From positions 1 through 48,590 of IMG/VR virus record IMGVR_UViG_3300038334_000158: a DNA stretch of 48,590 bases; one strand, written 5' to 3'. Positions 16,270 through 24,516 of this stretch are shown piece by piece. The notes below the pieces were generated by a model. The model saw only the letters and a list, made by a program, of their open reading frames with translations. It did not search any database and was not told where the DNA came from. The translations under genes and the position numbers were made by a program. The first letter of the stretch is position 1, and every line of letters begins with the position of its first letter. This stretch comes from a virus (Duplodnaviria; Caudoviricetes).

Positions 16270-18066
16270 ATGAAAATATTTTACATAGACCTTTTTTCGG
16301 GAGCTGGTGGAACCACTACCGGTATACACCTTACCAACAACGATAATATAAAAGTAGTTGCCTGTGTTAACCACGATGCTAAGGCTATTGAAAGCCACAA
16401 GGCAAATCATCCGGATTGTTTGCACTTTGTCGAAGATGTTAGGGATTTAAAGGTGGTTGATGCCCTTTATAACCTGGTTCGTAAATTAAGAAAAGACTAT
16501 CCCGGATGTATTATAAATATTTGGGCCAGCCTGGAATGTACAAACTACAGTAAGGCAAAGGGTGGATTGCCACGCGATGCCGACAGTCGAACTTTAGCCT
16601 ATGCATTGTATAACTATGCTGAAAAATTAAGCCCTGACAATTTCTTTATTGAAAATGTTCGAGAATTTATGAGCTGGGGGCCATTGGATAAAAACGGAAA
16701 ACCAGTAAGCAAATTAAATGGACGCGACTATATCCGGTGGATTAAGCAAATGTGTTCATACGGTTATTATTACGATTGGAAACTACTTAACAGTGCTGAC
16801 TTTGGGGCATACACTTCTAGAGAAAGGTATTTCGGACAATTTGCCAAAAACAATATGCCAATAACCTGGCCTGAACCTACCCATGCTAAAAAAATAATAA
16901 ATGGTGGTTTATTTAATAACCACTTGAAACCATGGAAAGCAGTTAAAGAAGTACTGGACCTACAAGATGAAGGGGAAAGCATATTCAACCGTAAAAAGCC
17001 TTTGGTAGATGCCACGCTTAAAAGAATCTATGCCGGGCTAATTAAGTTTGTTGCTGGTGGTGAACAAGAATTTCTATTAAAATACAATTCAATGAACCGC
17101 AATGGAAAATACCAGGCTCCGGATATTAATGAACCGTGCCCGGTTGTATCTACTCAAGGCAGGTTGGCCATTACCTCAGTTGAACGCTTTACTATGGCTT
17201 ACAATTCAGGTAATGATAAGCATAGGGTTAAATCTGAAAACGAGCCCATAGGAACATTAACTACTCAGAATAGCCATGCAGTAGTAAAAGCTTCTTTTCT
17301 TAATAAAAACTATTCAGGTTGCCCCAAAAGCAAAGTTGCAAGCATCGATAAACCGGCTGGTACCATCACCACAATTGACCACCATTCATTGGTTAATGTT
17401 CGCATGCTTACCAGCTATTATGGCAATAGTTCAGGAGCCCAGAGCGTTGATGAACCATGCCCAACAATAACCACCAAGGATAGGTTTTCGGCTGTGTTTA
17501 TTGACCAACAGTATGGAACCGGAAAACCCGCATCAGTTTCACTTCCAGCCGGAACTTTAACCGCTGTTCCAAAACTTAATATTGTTCAGGCCAAATGGTT
17601 AATGGATACCAATTTCAGAAACGTAGGAAGCTCACTTGATGAACCTGGCCGTGTGATAACCGCCTCCAGGAAACACCATTATCTGATGAACCCACAATAT
17701 AACGATAAAGGTAGAAGTTTAGACAGGCCCTGCTTTACTCTTATTGCACGAATGGATAAAATGCCACCCTACCTGGTAAATGTAGATTCAGGGCAAATGG
17801 TCATAGTAATTAATGAAATGGATTCAGATATCATGAAAAAGATAAAAGAATTCATGGCCTTGTATGGCATTATTGATATTAAGATGCGGATGCTAAAGGT
17901 TCCTGAATTACTAAAGATTCAAGGGTTCCCGGCCAATTACATACTTAAAGGTACCAAGGCCGACCAAAAAAAATTTATTGGAAACGCTGTGGTACCGGTA
18001 ATTGCCAAAGCCATTGCCAAAGCAAATGCCAATGCGCTCATTCAAAAATTACATAAAGCAATATAA
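16270..18066 (+). CDS. DNA (cytosine-5) methyltransferase with repetitive target-recognition region
   Basis: DLFSGAGG, WASLEC, IENVREF, TSRERYF, IQGFP and IGNAV motifs. Confidence 0.92.
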   Translation: MKIFYIDLFSGAGGTTTGIHLTNNDNIKVVACVNHDAKAIESHKANHPDCLHFVEDVRDLKVVDALYNLVRKLRKDYPGCIINIWASLECTNYSKAKGGLPRDADSRTLAYALYNYAEKLSPDNFFIENVREFMSWGPLDKNGKPVSKLNGRDYIRWIKQMCSYGYYYDWKLLNSADFGAYTSRERYFGQFAKNNMPITWPEPTHAKKIINGGLFNNHLKPWKAVKEVLDLQDEGESIFNRKKPLVDATLKRIYAGLIKFVAGGEQEFLLKYNSMNRNGKYQAPDINEPCPVVSTQGRLAITSVERFTMAYNSGNDKHRVKSENEPIGTLTTQNSHAVVKASFLNKNYSGCPKSKVASIDKPAGTITTIDHHSLVNVRMLTSYYGNSSGAQSVDEPCPTITTKDRFSAVFIDQQYGTGKPASVSLPAGTLTAVPKLNIVQAKWLMDTNFRNVGSSLDEPGRVITASRKHHYLMNPQYNDKGRSLDRPCFTLIARMDKMPPYLVNVDSGQMVIVINEMDSDIMKKIKEFMALYGIIDIKMRMLKVPELLKIQGFPANYILKGTKADQKKFIGNAVVPVIAKAIAKANANALIQKLHKAI

Positions 18067-18095
18067 CCAGTACAACGCACACAACCATTTATTTT

Positions 18096-18275
18096 ATGAA
18101 CATAGCGATACATATTTTAAGTAGGGAATTGGCTCTGGATAAAAGGGCCTTACAAAAATCAAAAGAGAGTTTTGATTCAGGAAACTACACCCTTGAGCAG
18201 CATCAAATGCACATGAGCAACCTGGAACCACGTATTGAAATCCTTGAAAAAGCAATTAACAGACTAAAAGAATAA
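18096..18275 (+). CDS. Small hypothetical protein (59 aa)
   Basis: Fills the gap; helical amphipathic sequence MNIAIHILSRELAL... Confidence 0.55.
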   Translation: MNIAIHILSRELALDKRALQKSKESFDSGNYTLEQHQMHMSNLEPRIEILEKAINRLKE

Positions 18276-18279
18276 CACT

Positions 18280-18804
18280 ATGAAAGCTATTGAATTTCCG
18301 CAAGTAAACGTTCGGATAGCTGAGAACCAGCCCGAATATGAAACATTACCAGCATTGGTAAGTTCAGAACCGGAAGGCAGAATTACTACCTGTTTCCAAC
18401 TTAGTGATGAAGAGTTAAAAGAAATTGCCTTAACTGGCAAACTTTGGCATTTGCAACTGGCTTTTCATCAACCTATGCAGCCAATTGCTTTAAGTACTCA
18501 AATACCATTTGAAAAACCATACAGTGGATTGCGGGTTTTTGAGTTACAACATCCTGATGGTGAAAAAGAATGGATTGCAGCACACACAATAATTGAAGCG
18601 CTACAAACTTACTGCTCCACAACTGATGCCAGTTTGTTTGAACTGGATGATTATGATTTGGTTGAAGTTCCACAAACCAGATGGGATGAATTGAATATCG
18701 TTAATCCCGATTGTGAAAATGACGAGCTTGAAAAAACCACCCTTCGCGAAATTGTACAAGGAATGACAAATCCCGATATAATTGGCGGAACTTTTTACGA
18801 TTAG
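18280..18804 (+). CDS. Hypothetical acidic protein
   Basis: 174 aa; N-terminal AENQPEYETLPA motif typical of phage proteins. Confidence 0.75.
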   Translation: MKAIEFPQVNVRIAENQPEYETLPALVSSEPEGRITTCFQLSDEELKEIALTGKLWHLQLAFHQPMQPIALSTQIPFEKPYSGLRVFELQHPDGEKEWIAAHTIIEALQTYCSTTDASLFELDDYDLVEVPQTRWDELNIVNPDCENDELEKTTLREIVQGMTNPDIIGGTFYD

Positions 18805-18806
18805 CC

Positions 18807-18893
18807 ATGAAAGCATTATTTGGAATATTACTAATAGCCTATGCTATTTGGGTATTAAAAGAACCTAATAAAAAGGAGGAAAACCATGAGTAA
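18807..18893 (+). CDS. 28-aa hydrophobic microprotein
   Basis: MKALFGILLIAYAIWVLKEPNKKEENHE fills the gap and overlaps the next start. Confidence 0.45.
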   Translation: MKALFGILLIAYAIWVLKEPNKKEENHE

Positions 18894-19968
18894 AATTGAA
18901 TGGACAAACGAAACATGGAACCCGATTATTGGGTGTTCAAAAGTTTCACCCGGTTGCGAAAACTGCTATGCTGAAACCATGGCAAAAAGACTGGCTACAA
19001 TAAACACTACCGATTATTACCGGAGTGTGGTGTGTGAGCGTGCTCATGTTGATCCTTCAGGTTGGAATGGTAGAACATCATTCATTGAGCACCAATTAAA
19101 CAAACCCTTAAAGCGTAAAAAGCCAACCATGTACTTTGTTTGCTCAATGGGTGATTTGTTTCATGAATCCGTTCCGTTTGAGTGGATTGATAAAATTATG
19201 GAGGTTATTGCCAGGAGCCCTGAACATACCTTTCAGATATTAACTAAAAGACCCGGGCGAATGCTTGAGTATTTTTCAGATGAAAGAGATTTTGCTAGTG
19301 ATTGGTCATTTGGTGATAAGTACTTAGAGGAAGCAATCCGTTTTAAATTAGGTTTGCCATTGCCAAATGTTTGGCTTGGTGTAACAGCCGAAAACCAGGA
19401 GCAGGCGATTAAAAGGGTTCCCATTTTATTACAGATACCAGCCGCTGTAAGGTTTGTTTCAGTTGAACCCATGCTTGGTCCTGTTGACTTAACTCATATG
19501 GATTCTACTTCTGAAAGCGACCCCGGTTATAACGCTTTGTATTGTGGGCCAGATGATGAAGGTGATTTACAAACTATAATTGATTGGGTGATCTGCGGTG
19601 GTGAATCTGGACACAATGCAAGGCCAATGCATCCGAATTGGGTTCGTGATTTACAAAAGCAATGTAAAGATGCTAATGCTCCATTCTTTTTCAAACAATG
19701 GGGAGAATGGGGTACTCGTTGGTTTGATTTTACAACCAAAAAGCCTGTTTTTAAAATGTTTGATTCATTCCTTCGCTGGACACAAAAAGATTGGGTTCAC
19801 AAAGGCGATGTGTGTCTTAGTTTAGACGGTAAAATATGTAAAACGGGTGGAGATTTAAAAGAAGCAAAATACCCGGTTGCTATTATGCAAAAGGTTGGCA
19901 AACACAACACCGGTTCTATGTTGGATGATAAGCATTATAAAGAGTTTCCGAAAGGAGGTGACAAATGA
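18886..19968 (+). CDS. Phage Gp37/Gp68 (DUF5131) family protein, three-Cys radical-SAM-like
   Basis: SKIEWT..TWNPIIGCSKVSPGCENCYA, SMGDLFHE, LTKRP, EPMLGP, GGESG, FFFKQWG. Confidence 0.92.
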   Translation: MSKIEWTNETWNPIIGCSKVSPGCENCYAETMAKRLATINTTDYYRSVVCERAHVDPSGWNGRTSFIEHQLNKPLKRKKPTMYFVCSMGDLFHESVPFEWIDKIMEVIARSPEHTFQILTKRPGRMLEYFSDERDFASDWSFGDKYLEEAIRFKLGLPLPNVWLGVTAENQEQAIKRVPILLQIPAAVRFVSVEPMLGPVDLTHMDSTSESDPGYNALYCGPDDEGDLQTIIDWVICGGESGHNARPMHPNWVRDLQKQCKDANAPFFFKQWGEWGTRWFDFTTKKPVFKMFDSFLRWTQKDWVHKGDVCLSLDGKICKTGGDLKEAKYPVAIMQKVGKHNTGSMLDDKHYKEFPKGGDK

Positions 19969-20474
19969 TACTCCCATTTAGCACAAAGTTCCCTGATGGA
20001 AAACCCACTTATTTTATTGAAAAGATTTGGGCATCAATTCCAGAGCTTAAAACACCTTATAAGTTCAATTATGAAGAATTATTTGTAAACAAGTTTAATG
20101 TTCTTTGGGATGGTTGGGGTGAATCATTTAAACCCAAAAAGCATACCATACGGGCCGATATACACAACCGATGGAAACCAGGTAATAAAATACACATGGT
20201 TGTGTTTAATCGCAGTAAAAATCAGTTCCAATTTGCCCCGGTATTGGAGTGTAAAAGTGTCCAGAAAATTGAGATTATTTATTCAAACCCTAATTCAGAT
20301 TACCCATTTGTAAAAATAGATGGAGCAAGATATAATGTTTGGGAAAAATCAGGGCTTAAAATGATTTCAGAAATTGCTATTAACGATGGGTTTAAATCTG
20401 ACATAGATTTTTTTCAATGGTTTAATAAAGATTTCCAAGGGAAAATAATTCATTGGACTGATTTGAGATATTAA
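19965..20474 (+). CDS. Hypothetical protein, ASCH/PUA-like
   Basis: KKHTIR...WKPG...AINDGF...FFQWF pattern. Confidence 0.65.
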   Translation: MILPFSTKFPDGKPTYFIEKIWASIPELKTPYKFNYEELFVNKFNVLWDGWGESFKPKKHTIRADIHNRWKPGNKIHMVVFNRSKNQFQFAPVLECKSVQKIEIIYSNPNSDYPFVKIDGARYNVWEKSGLKMISEIAINDGFKSDIDFFQWFNKDFQGKIIHWTDLRY

Positions 20475-20530
20475 AACGGCTATGTAAAACAGGGTTAAAA
20501 TTAGGGAGTTTGTGCCGTCTCCCACTTTAT

Positions 20531-20619
20531 TAGTTGCCAGTTTTGCAACCCTATAAAGTTAAGTTCTAGTTAATGTTTGGAGGTTTTTAGTTGCCTAAAA
20601 TGCAACCAGGTAAGCAACC
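20531..20619. promoter_or_regulatory. Paired palindromic operator-like sites upstream of the replication gene
   Basis: TAGTTGCC-N5-TGCAACC at 20531-20550 and 20588-20607, plus a GCAACC half-site at 20614-20619. Confidence 0.55.
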
Positions 20620-20672
20620 ACAAATTCAATTAAAACCTTCATTTAAACTATTGAAGTAAATAAATTTGAGAC

Positions 20673-21491
20673 ATGAGCGGATATATCAAACTAAACCGGA
20701 AATTTTTTGAACACTCATTTTGGAATGATGAAAGAACCCTTAGTCTGGCCGAAGCGTGGCTTGATTTAATTGCAAGCGCACGATTTGAGGTAGCACCTGA
20801 AAAGGTTGTTGTGAAAATGAATATTATCACAATTAACCGCGGGGAGTTGAGAGCATCACAAAGATATTTAGCCAAAAGATGGAAGTGGTCATTAGGTAAG
20901 GTGAACCGTTTTATTTTGATGCTGGAACGTGAACGCATGGTGGAACGCAGAATGGAACACTCAGAAACAATTATAATGCTTTGCAATTATGATAGTTATA
21001 ACCAATTAACTAGCAACACAATGAACACTAATGAGAACACCAATGAGAACGCTGACGGAACACTGACGGAACACAGGCAGATACAAACTAAAGAATATAA
21101 AGAAGGAGAAGAACTTAAAGAAAAGGGAGGGAAAAAACCCACCACCAAAAAGAAACAACCTGAAACTTTAAATTTTCCTTTTGATTCTATTGAATTTGCC
21201 GAAACGTGGGATAAGCTTATTGGTATGCCAAAATGGAAAAAGAAACTTCCATTATCGCTCCAAATGGCTCTTGATAGCCTGGGTAAATACGATGAAGAGT
21301 TTGCTATACTCCAAATGAAACTGGCAATACAAGGAAACTGGCAGGGTGTAACATTCTCCGATACTGAACAAAAGTTTGAACAATGGAAAAAAACAAAGTA
21401 TGGAACAGCTAAGAAAAATTCTACCAAAGGCCAGGCAACAGATGATGCAGCCGCTAGCATATTTGCCCGAATCGAAGAAACGCAGAGTTGA
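20673..21491 (+). CDS. Phage replication initiator (lambda O / replisome-organiser-like)
   Basis: GYIKLNRKFFEH.FW...EAWLDLI...RGEL.AS.RYLAKRWKWS..KV.RF N-terminus; internal repeats; NWQG C-terminal motif. Confidence 0.85.
   Translation: MSGYIKLNRKFFEHSFWNDERTLSLAEAWLDLIASARFEVAPEKVVVKMNIITINRGELRASQRYLAKRWKWSLGKVNRFILMLERERMVERRMEHSETIIMLCNYDSYNQLTSNTMNTNENTNENADGTLTEHRQIQTKEYKEGEELKEKGGKKPTTKKKQPETLNFPFDSIEFAETWDKLIGMPKWKKKLPLSLQMALDSLGKYDEEFAILQMKLAIQGNWQGVTFSDTEQKFEQWKKTKYGTAKKNSTKGQATDDAAASIFARIEETQS
20925..21074 (+). repeat. Iteron-like GAAC(A/G)C repeats, putative origin of replication
   Basis: aatgaacac taatgagaacac caatgagaacgc tgacggaacac tgacggaacac, plus an upstream cluster of GAACG/GAACAC; followed by an A/purine-rich tract. 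Confidence 0.65.
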
Positions 21492-21993
21492 ATCGATTGT
21501 AATAAGCTTCAACGGCTCAAAGGAATTCATCAAACAGAACAATTATGATGCCTGTTGTGAAATGTACATTGATACTGATTTGCCCGCTCCGAAAATGGAT
21601 ATCAGGTTATCGAACCCGGCTGATATACTGATGCTGAAATTGATTGAAACCCGGTCACCCCGTTTAAACGAAATTGGCCTGGCTTTTAATAAAGATACAC
21701 CGGTTCTGATGTTATCAGCATGGCTTATTAATTTTTGTAAATACCTGGGAATTGATATCACTGGACAGCAGGCTGAGAAAACATCGAAAAACATTATTCG
21801 TGAGGTTCCAATGTTCAATTTGGCTGAGGTTGTGACGGTTCTTAACCGATTGGAACGGGGAATTTACGGTAAGTTTTACGGAAGCTTTGACGGCATTACA
21901 GTAGTTCAGGCTTTTATTCAATATCGCAGGGAGCGTGGAAAGGTAATTAGCACAATGACCAGTGATCATCTGAAAGAATTGGAAATATCATAA
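21400..21993 (+). CDS. Hypothetical protein, probable helicase-loader-type replication partner
   Basis: Directly follows the initiator; GIYGKFYGSFDG motif. Confidence 0.65.
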   Translation: MEQLRKILPKARQQMMQPLAYLPESKKRRVESIVISFNGSKEFIKQNNYDACCEMYIDTDLPAPKMDIRLSNPADILMLKLIETRSPRLNEIGLAFNKDTPVLMLSAWLINFCKYLGIDITGQQAEKTSKNIIREVPMFNLAEVVTVLNRLERGIYGKFYGSFDGITVVQAFIQYRRERGKVISTMTSDHLKELEIS

Positions 21994-22011
21994 CGTTAAA
22001 AATTGATTCTT

Positions 22012-22914
22012 ATGTATATATCAAAGAAAGATAGAGACTTAGTTAAAAATATGTTCGCTGGAAAATGTGCATATACAGGCACAAATTTACTACCAGACTG
22101 GCAGGTTGACCATGTTAAAGCGTTAAGGCGTAATTGGTGGTTAAATAATTCAGCATTGTTTGAGGAAAATCACAATTTGAAAAACATGCTTCCTGCACAA
22201 AGGATAGTGAATCATTATAAGCATTCAATGGATTTGGAGCAATTCCGTGAATTTATGAAAAACTTTCATTTAAGAATTACAAAATTACCTATGAATCCAA
22301 AGGTGCAAAAATCGATTAAAACAAAAGCGTATATGTTGGAAATTGCAAGACTTTTCGATATTACACCAAACAAACCATTTTCCGGCATATTTTATTTTGA
22401 AACAATTAAATATGATTATATGAAGAAATTAACTTTAAAACAAATGTTTCAAATTGCTCATGCTTTCGGAATAGATTTATTCAAAGCTGCAATGTCTCAC
22501 AAACTAAAAGATAAAACACTACCTAAAGAGTTTTATCGAAATAGGTTTCAGAAAGAATATGATGAGGTGTTTGAAGAATTGGTAAGTATTGGTTATGCCG
22601 AAAAAAGAAAGTGGCAAGATTTACCATTTTACCATGTTACTGATGAAGGTGAAAAACAATTCAGAAAACAGTTTTCTGAAATAGTAAACTATAAGCCCGA
22701 AAAAGAAAGGGATTTATCTTACTTAAAACATCGAATAAACTTTTATTGCTCTTATCGTTATTATCGTTTTTGTGATGACAATTCAGAACATATAATTAGT
22801 GCTTATTTGAATTACTGGGTTAAAAAATACTATGTATCTCACACAACCGAAGATACTATAACCATGTTCAAAAATGAATTGGCTTCTTATTATAAGCGTG
22901 GACTTTTAGCATAA
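22012..22914 (+). CDS. HNH-like endonuclease domain fused to an unknown domain
   Basis: GKCAYTG...WQVDHVKA...NMLPAQRIVNHYK; a second module starts near MKKLTL (22420). Confidence 0.7.
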   Translation: MYISKKDRDLVKNMFAGKCAYTGTNLLPDWQVDHVKALRRNWWLNNSALFEENHNLKNMLPAQRIVNHYKHSMDLEQFREFMKNFHLRITKLPMNPKVQKSIKTKAYMLEIARLFDITPNKPFSGIFYFETIKYDYMKKLTLKQMFQIAHAFGIDLFKAAMSHKLKDKTLPKEFYRNRFQKEYDEVFEELVSIGYAEKRKWQDLPFYHVTDEGEKQFRKQFSEIVNYKPEKERDLSYLKHRINFYCSYRYYRFCDDNSEHIISAYLNYWVKKYYVSHTTEDTITMFKNELASYYKRGLLA

Positions 22915-22946
22915 CTAATATATAAACAAAAATTAAACATAAAATA

Positions 22947-23075
22947 ATGAAACAAAGATATTGTGAAGTGAACGAATGTGAAGTTCACTCAAAGATTAAA
23001 ACAATAATTAGGAATGGTGGGGTAATTCATCATGTAGTTGTTGCCTGTGGTACTTACATGATTATTTATTCATAA
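22947..23075 (+). CDS. Small hypothetical protein (42 aa)
   Basis: A-rich leader; fills the gap. Confidence 0.4.
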   Translation: MKQRYCEVNECEVHSKIKTIIRNGGVIHHVVVACGTYMIIYS

Positions 23076-23104
23076 TTACCTCTACACAGTAAATAATTTA
23101 CAAA

Positions 23105-23491
23105 ATGGAAAAAGCATTATTAATTCTTGATTCAGCTGTTAAAACACTGGAATCAGAAATAAGGATTTGGACAAAGCAGGGAGACTTTGATGTTGTTGAG
23201 AAATGCAAATTAGAACTGCAGCATGTTAAAAAGGCAATGGATGTTCTTAGCAATCAAAAAAAAATGAGTTGGTCCGATGTGAGAGAACGTTATTTGGAAT
23301 TTCACAAGATTGATGAGTTTACAGAAAACATGGCAATTGATGTTGACTTTGGATATTGGTTGGTAAATGAGTGTAAAACTGATGATGTTAATAAAGCAAT
23401 AATCGATTATGAAAAGAAAGCATGCATGTCTTGTGAAAAAGAAGTAGACTTTTCATCAGGAATATTTACATGCCACGAGTGTTCAGAATAA
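23105..23491 (+). CDS. Hypothetical protein with C-terminal zinc finger
   Basis: CMSC...CHEC. Confidence 0.7.
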   Translation: MEKALLILDSAVKTLESEIRIWTKQGDFDVVEKCKLELQHVKKAMDVLSNQKKMSWSDVRERYLEFHKIDEFTENMAIDVDFGYWLVNECKTDDVNKAIIDYEKKACMSCEKEVDFSSGIFTCHECSE

Positions 23492-23539
23492 TTTAAAATG
23501 AATGTGAATAATTAAGTTAATAAAATCACAAATACAGTA

Positions 23540-23569
23540 GTTTCCTAAAACCCTCTTTTTGTAGGTTTG
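23540..23569 (+). promoter_or_regulatory. Putative promoter for the packaging operon
   Basis: -7 element TAGGTTTG at 23562-23569; -33 element not clear. Confidence 0.45.
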
Positions 23570-23585
23570 TCAAAACTAAAGCGAC

Positions 23586-23996
23586 ATGCCTCAAATAAAC
23601 TTCGAAATATTGGGCCGTAAACTGGTTAATAAATACCCAACCATAGCAAAAGAGCTTATTGAATATCCAAAGATTTACGACCTTAAACTACTCCCCCAAA
23701 TAAAAGAAACAATACTCACCCATCCCAGGTTATCAAATAAAACAGCTACCGAAAAAAAGGAATACTTTGTTGCCGTTGCTCTTATACTATATGACCCTGA
23801 CCATTTAGCAGGATATAAAAAAATAAGAACAGGTTTACGTAGAGAAATTTCAACTCTTTTCAACTGTTCCCCTACTTTAATTAGTAACCTTTCAAAGAAG
23901 GTCACTATATTACTCTCAATCTACAAGTTTTTTAAAGCCGATGTAAACTACTTTGCTGATATGATTAGTAAAGAGTTTGCAAATGTCAACGAATAA
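23586..23996 (+). CDS. Hypothetical protein, possible late transcription regulator
   Basis: Position before terS; HTH-like LRREISTLFNCSPTLISNL. Confidence 0.6.
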   Translation: MPQINFEILGRKLVNKYPTIAKELIEYPKIYDLKLLPQIKETILTHPRLSNKTATEKKEYFVAVALILYDPDHLAGYKKIRTGLRREISTLFNCSPTLISNLSKKVTILLSIYKFFKADVNYFADMISKEFANVNE

Positions 23997-24516
23997 GCAA
24001 GGATTATCTCCTAAGATTAAAAGATTCTGTCAACAATACGTTATTGATTTAAGCGGAAAACAGGCTGCTATACGTGCAGGTTATAGCGAAAAAACAGCTG
24101 AAAGTCAAGCCTCACGCTTGTTAAGAAATGTTAAGGTAAAAAACTACATCAAGAAACTTCAAGCAGAACTTGAAGAGAAAACAAAAATTACTGCTGAAAA
24201 AGTCATCAAAGAGTTTGCAAAGATTGCTTTTCACAATCCTAAAAACCTATTCGATGAAACAGGTAATATTATTCCTGTTAATGAACTTCCTGATGATGTA
24301 GCCGCTGCTCTCACTGAAATAAGAACAGAGCATTTTAAACCTAATCCAGATGATGCAGGGTTTTTAGTTAAAACAACATATAAAACAGCATCTAAAACTG
24401 CAGCTCTTGAAAACCTTGGTAAACACCTTGGAATATTTGAGCGTGATAATAAACAAAAGGCTGATAGTCCAGCTGCCTTGTTCCTTGAACTTATGAAACA
24501 AGCCACATCTAAATGA
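23983..24516 (+). CDS. terS: Terminase small subunit
   Basis: RFCQQYVIDLSGKQAAIRAGYSEKTAESQASRLL; KTAALENLGKHLG. Confidence 0.95.
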   Translation: MSTNKQGLSPKIKRFCQQYVIDLSGKQAAIRAGYSEKTAESQASRLLRNVKVKNYIKKLQAELEEKTKITAEKVIKEFAKIAFHNPKNLFDETGNIIPVNELPDDVAAALTEIRTEHFKPNPDDAGFLVKTTYKTASKTAALENLGKHLGIFERDNKQKADSPAALFLELMKQATSK

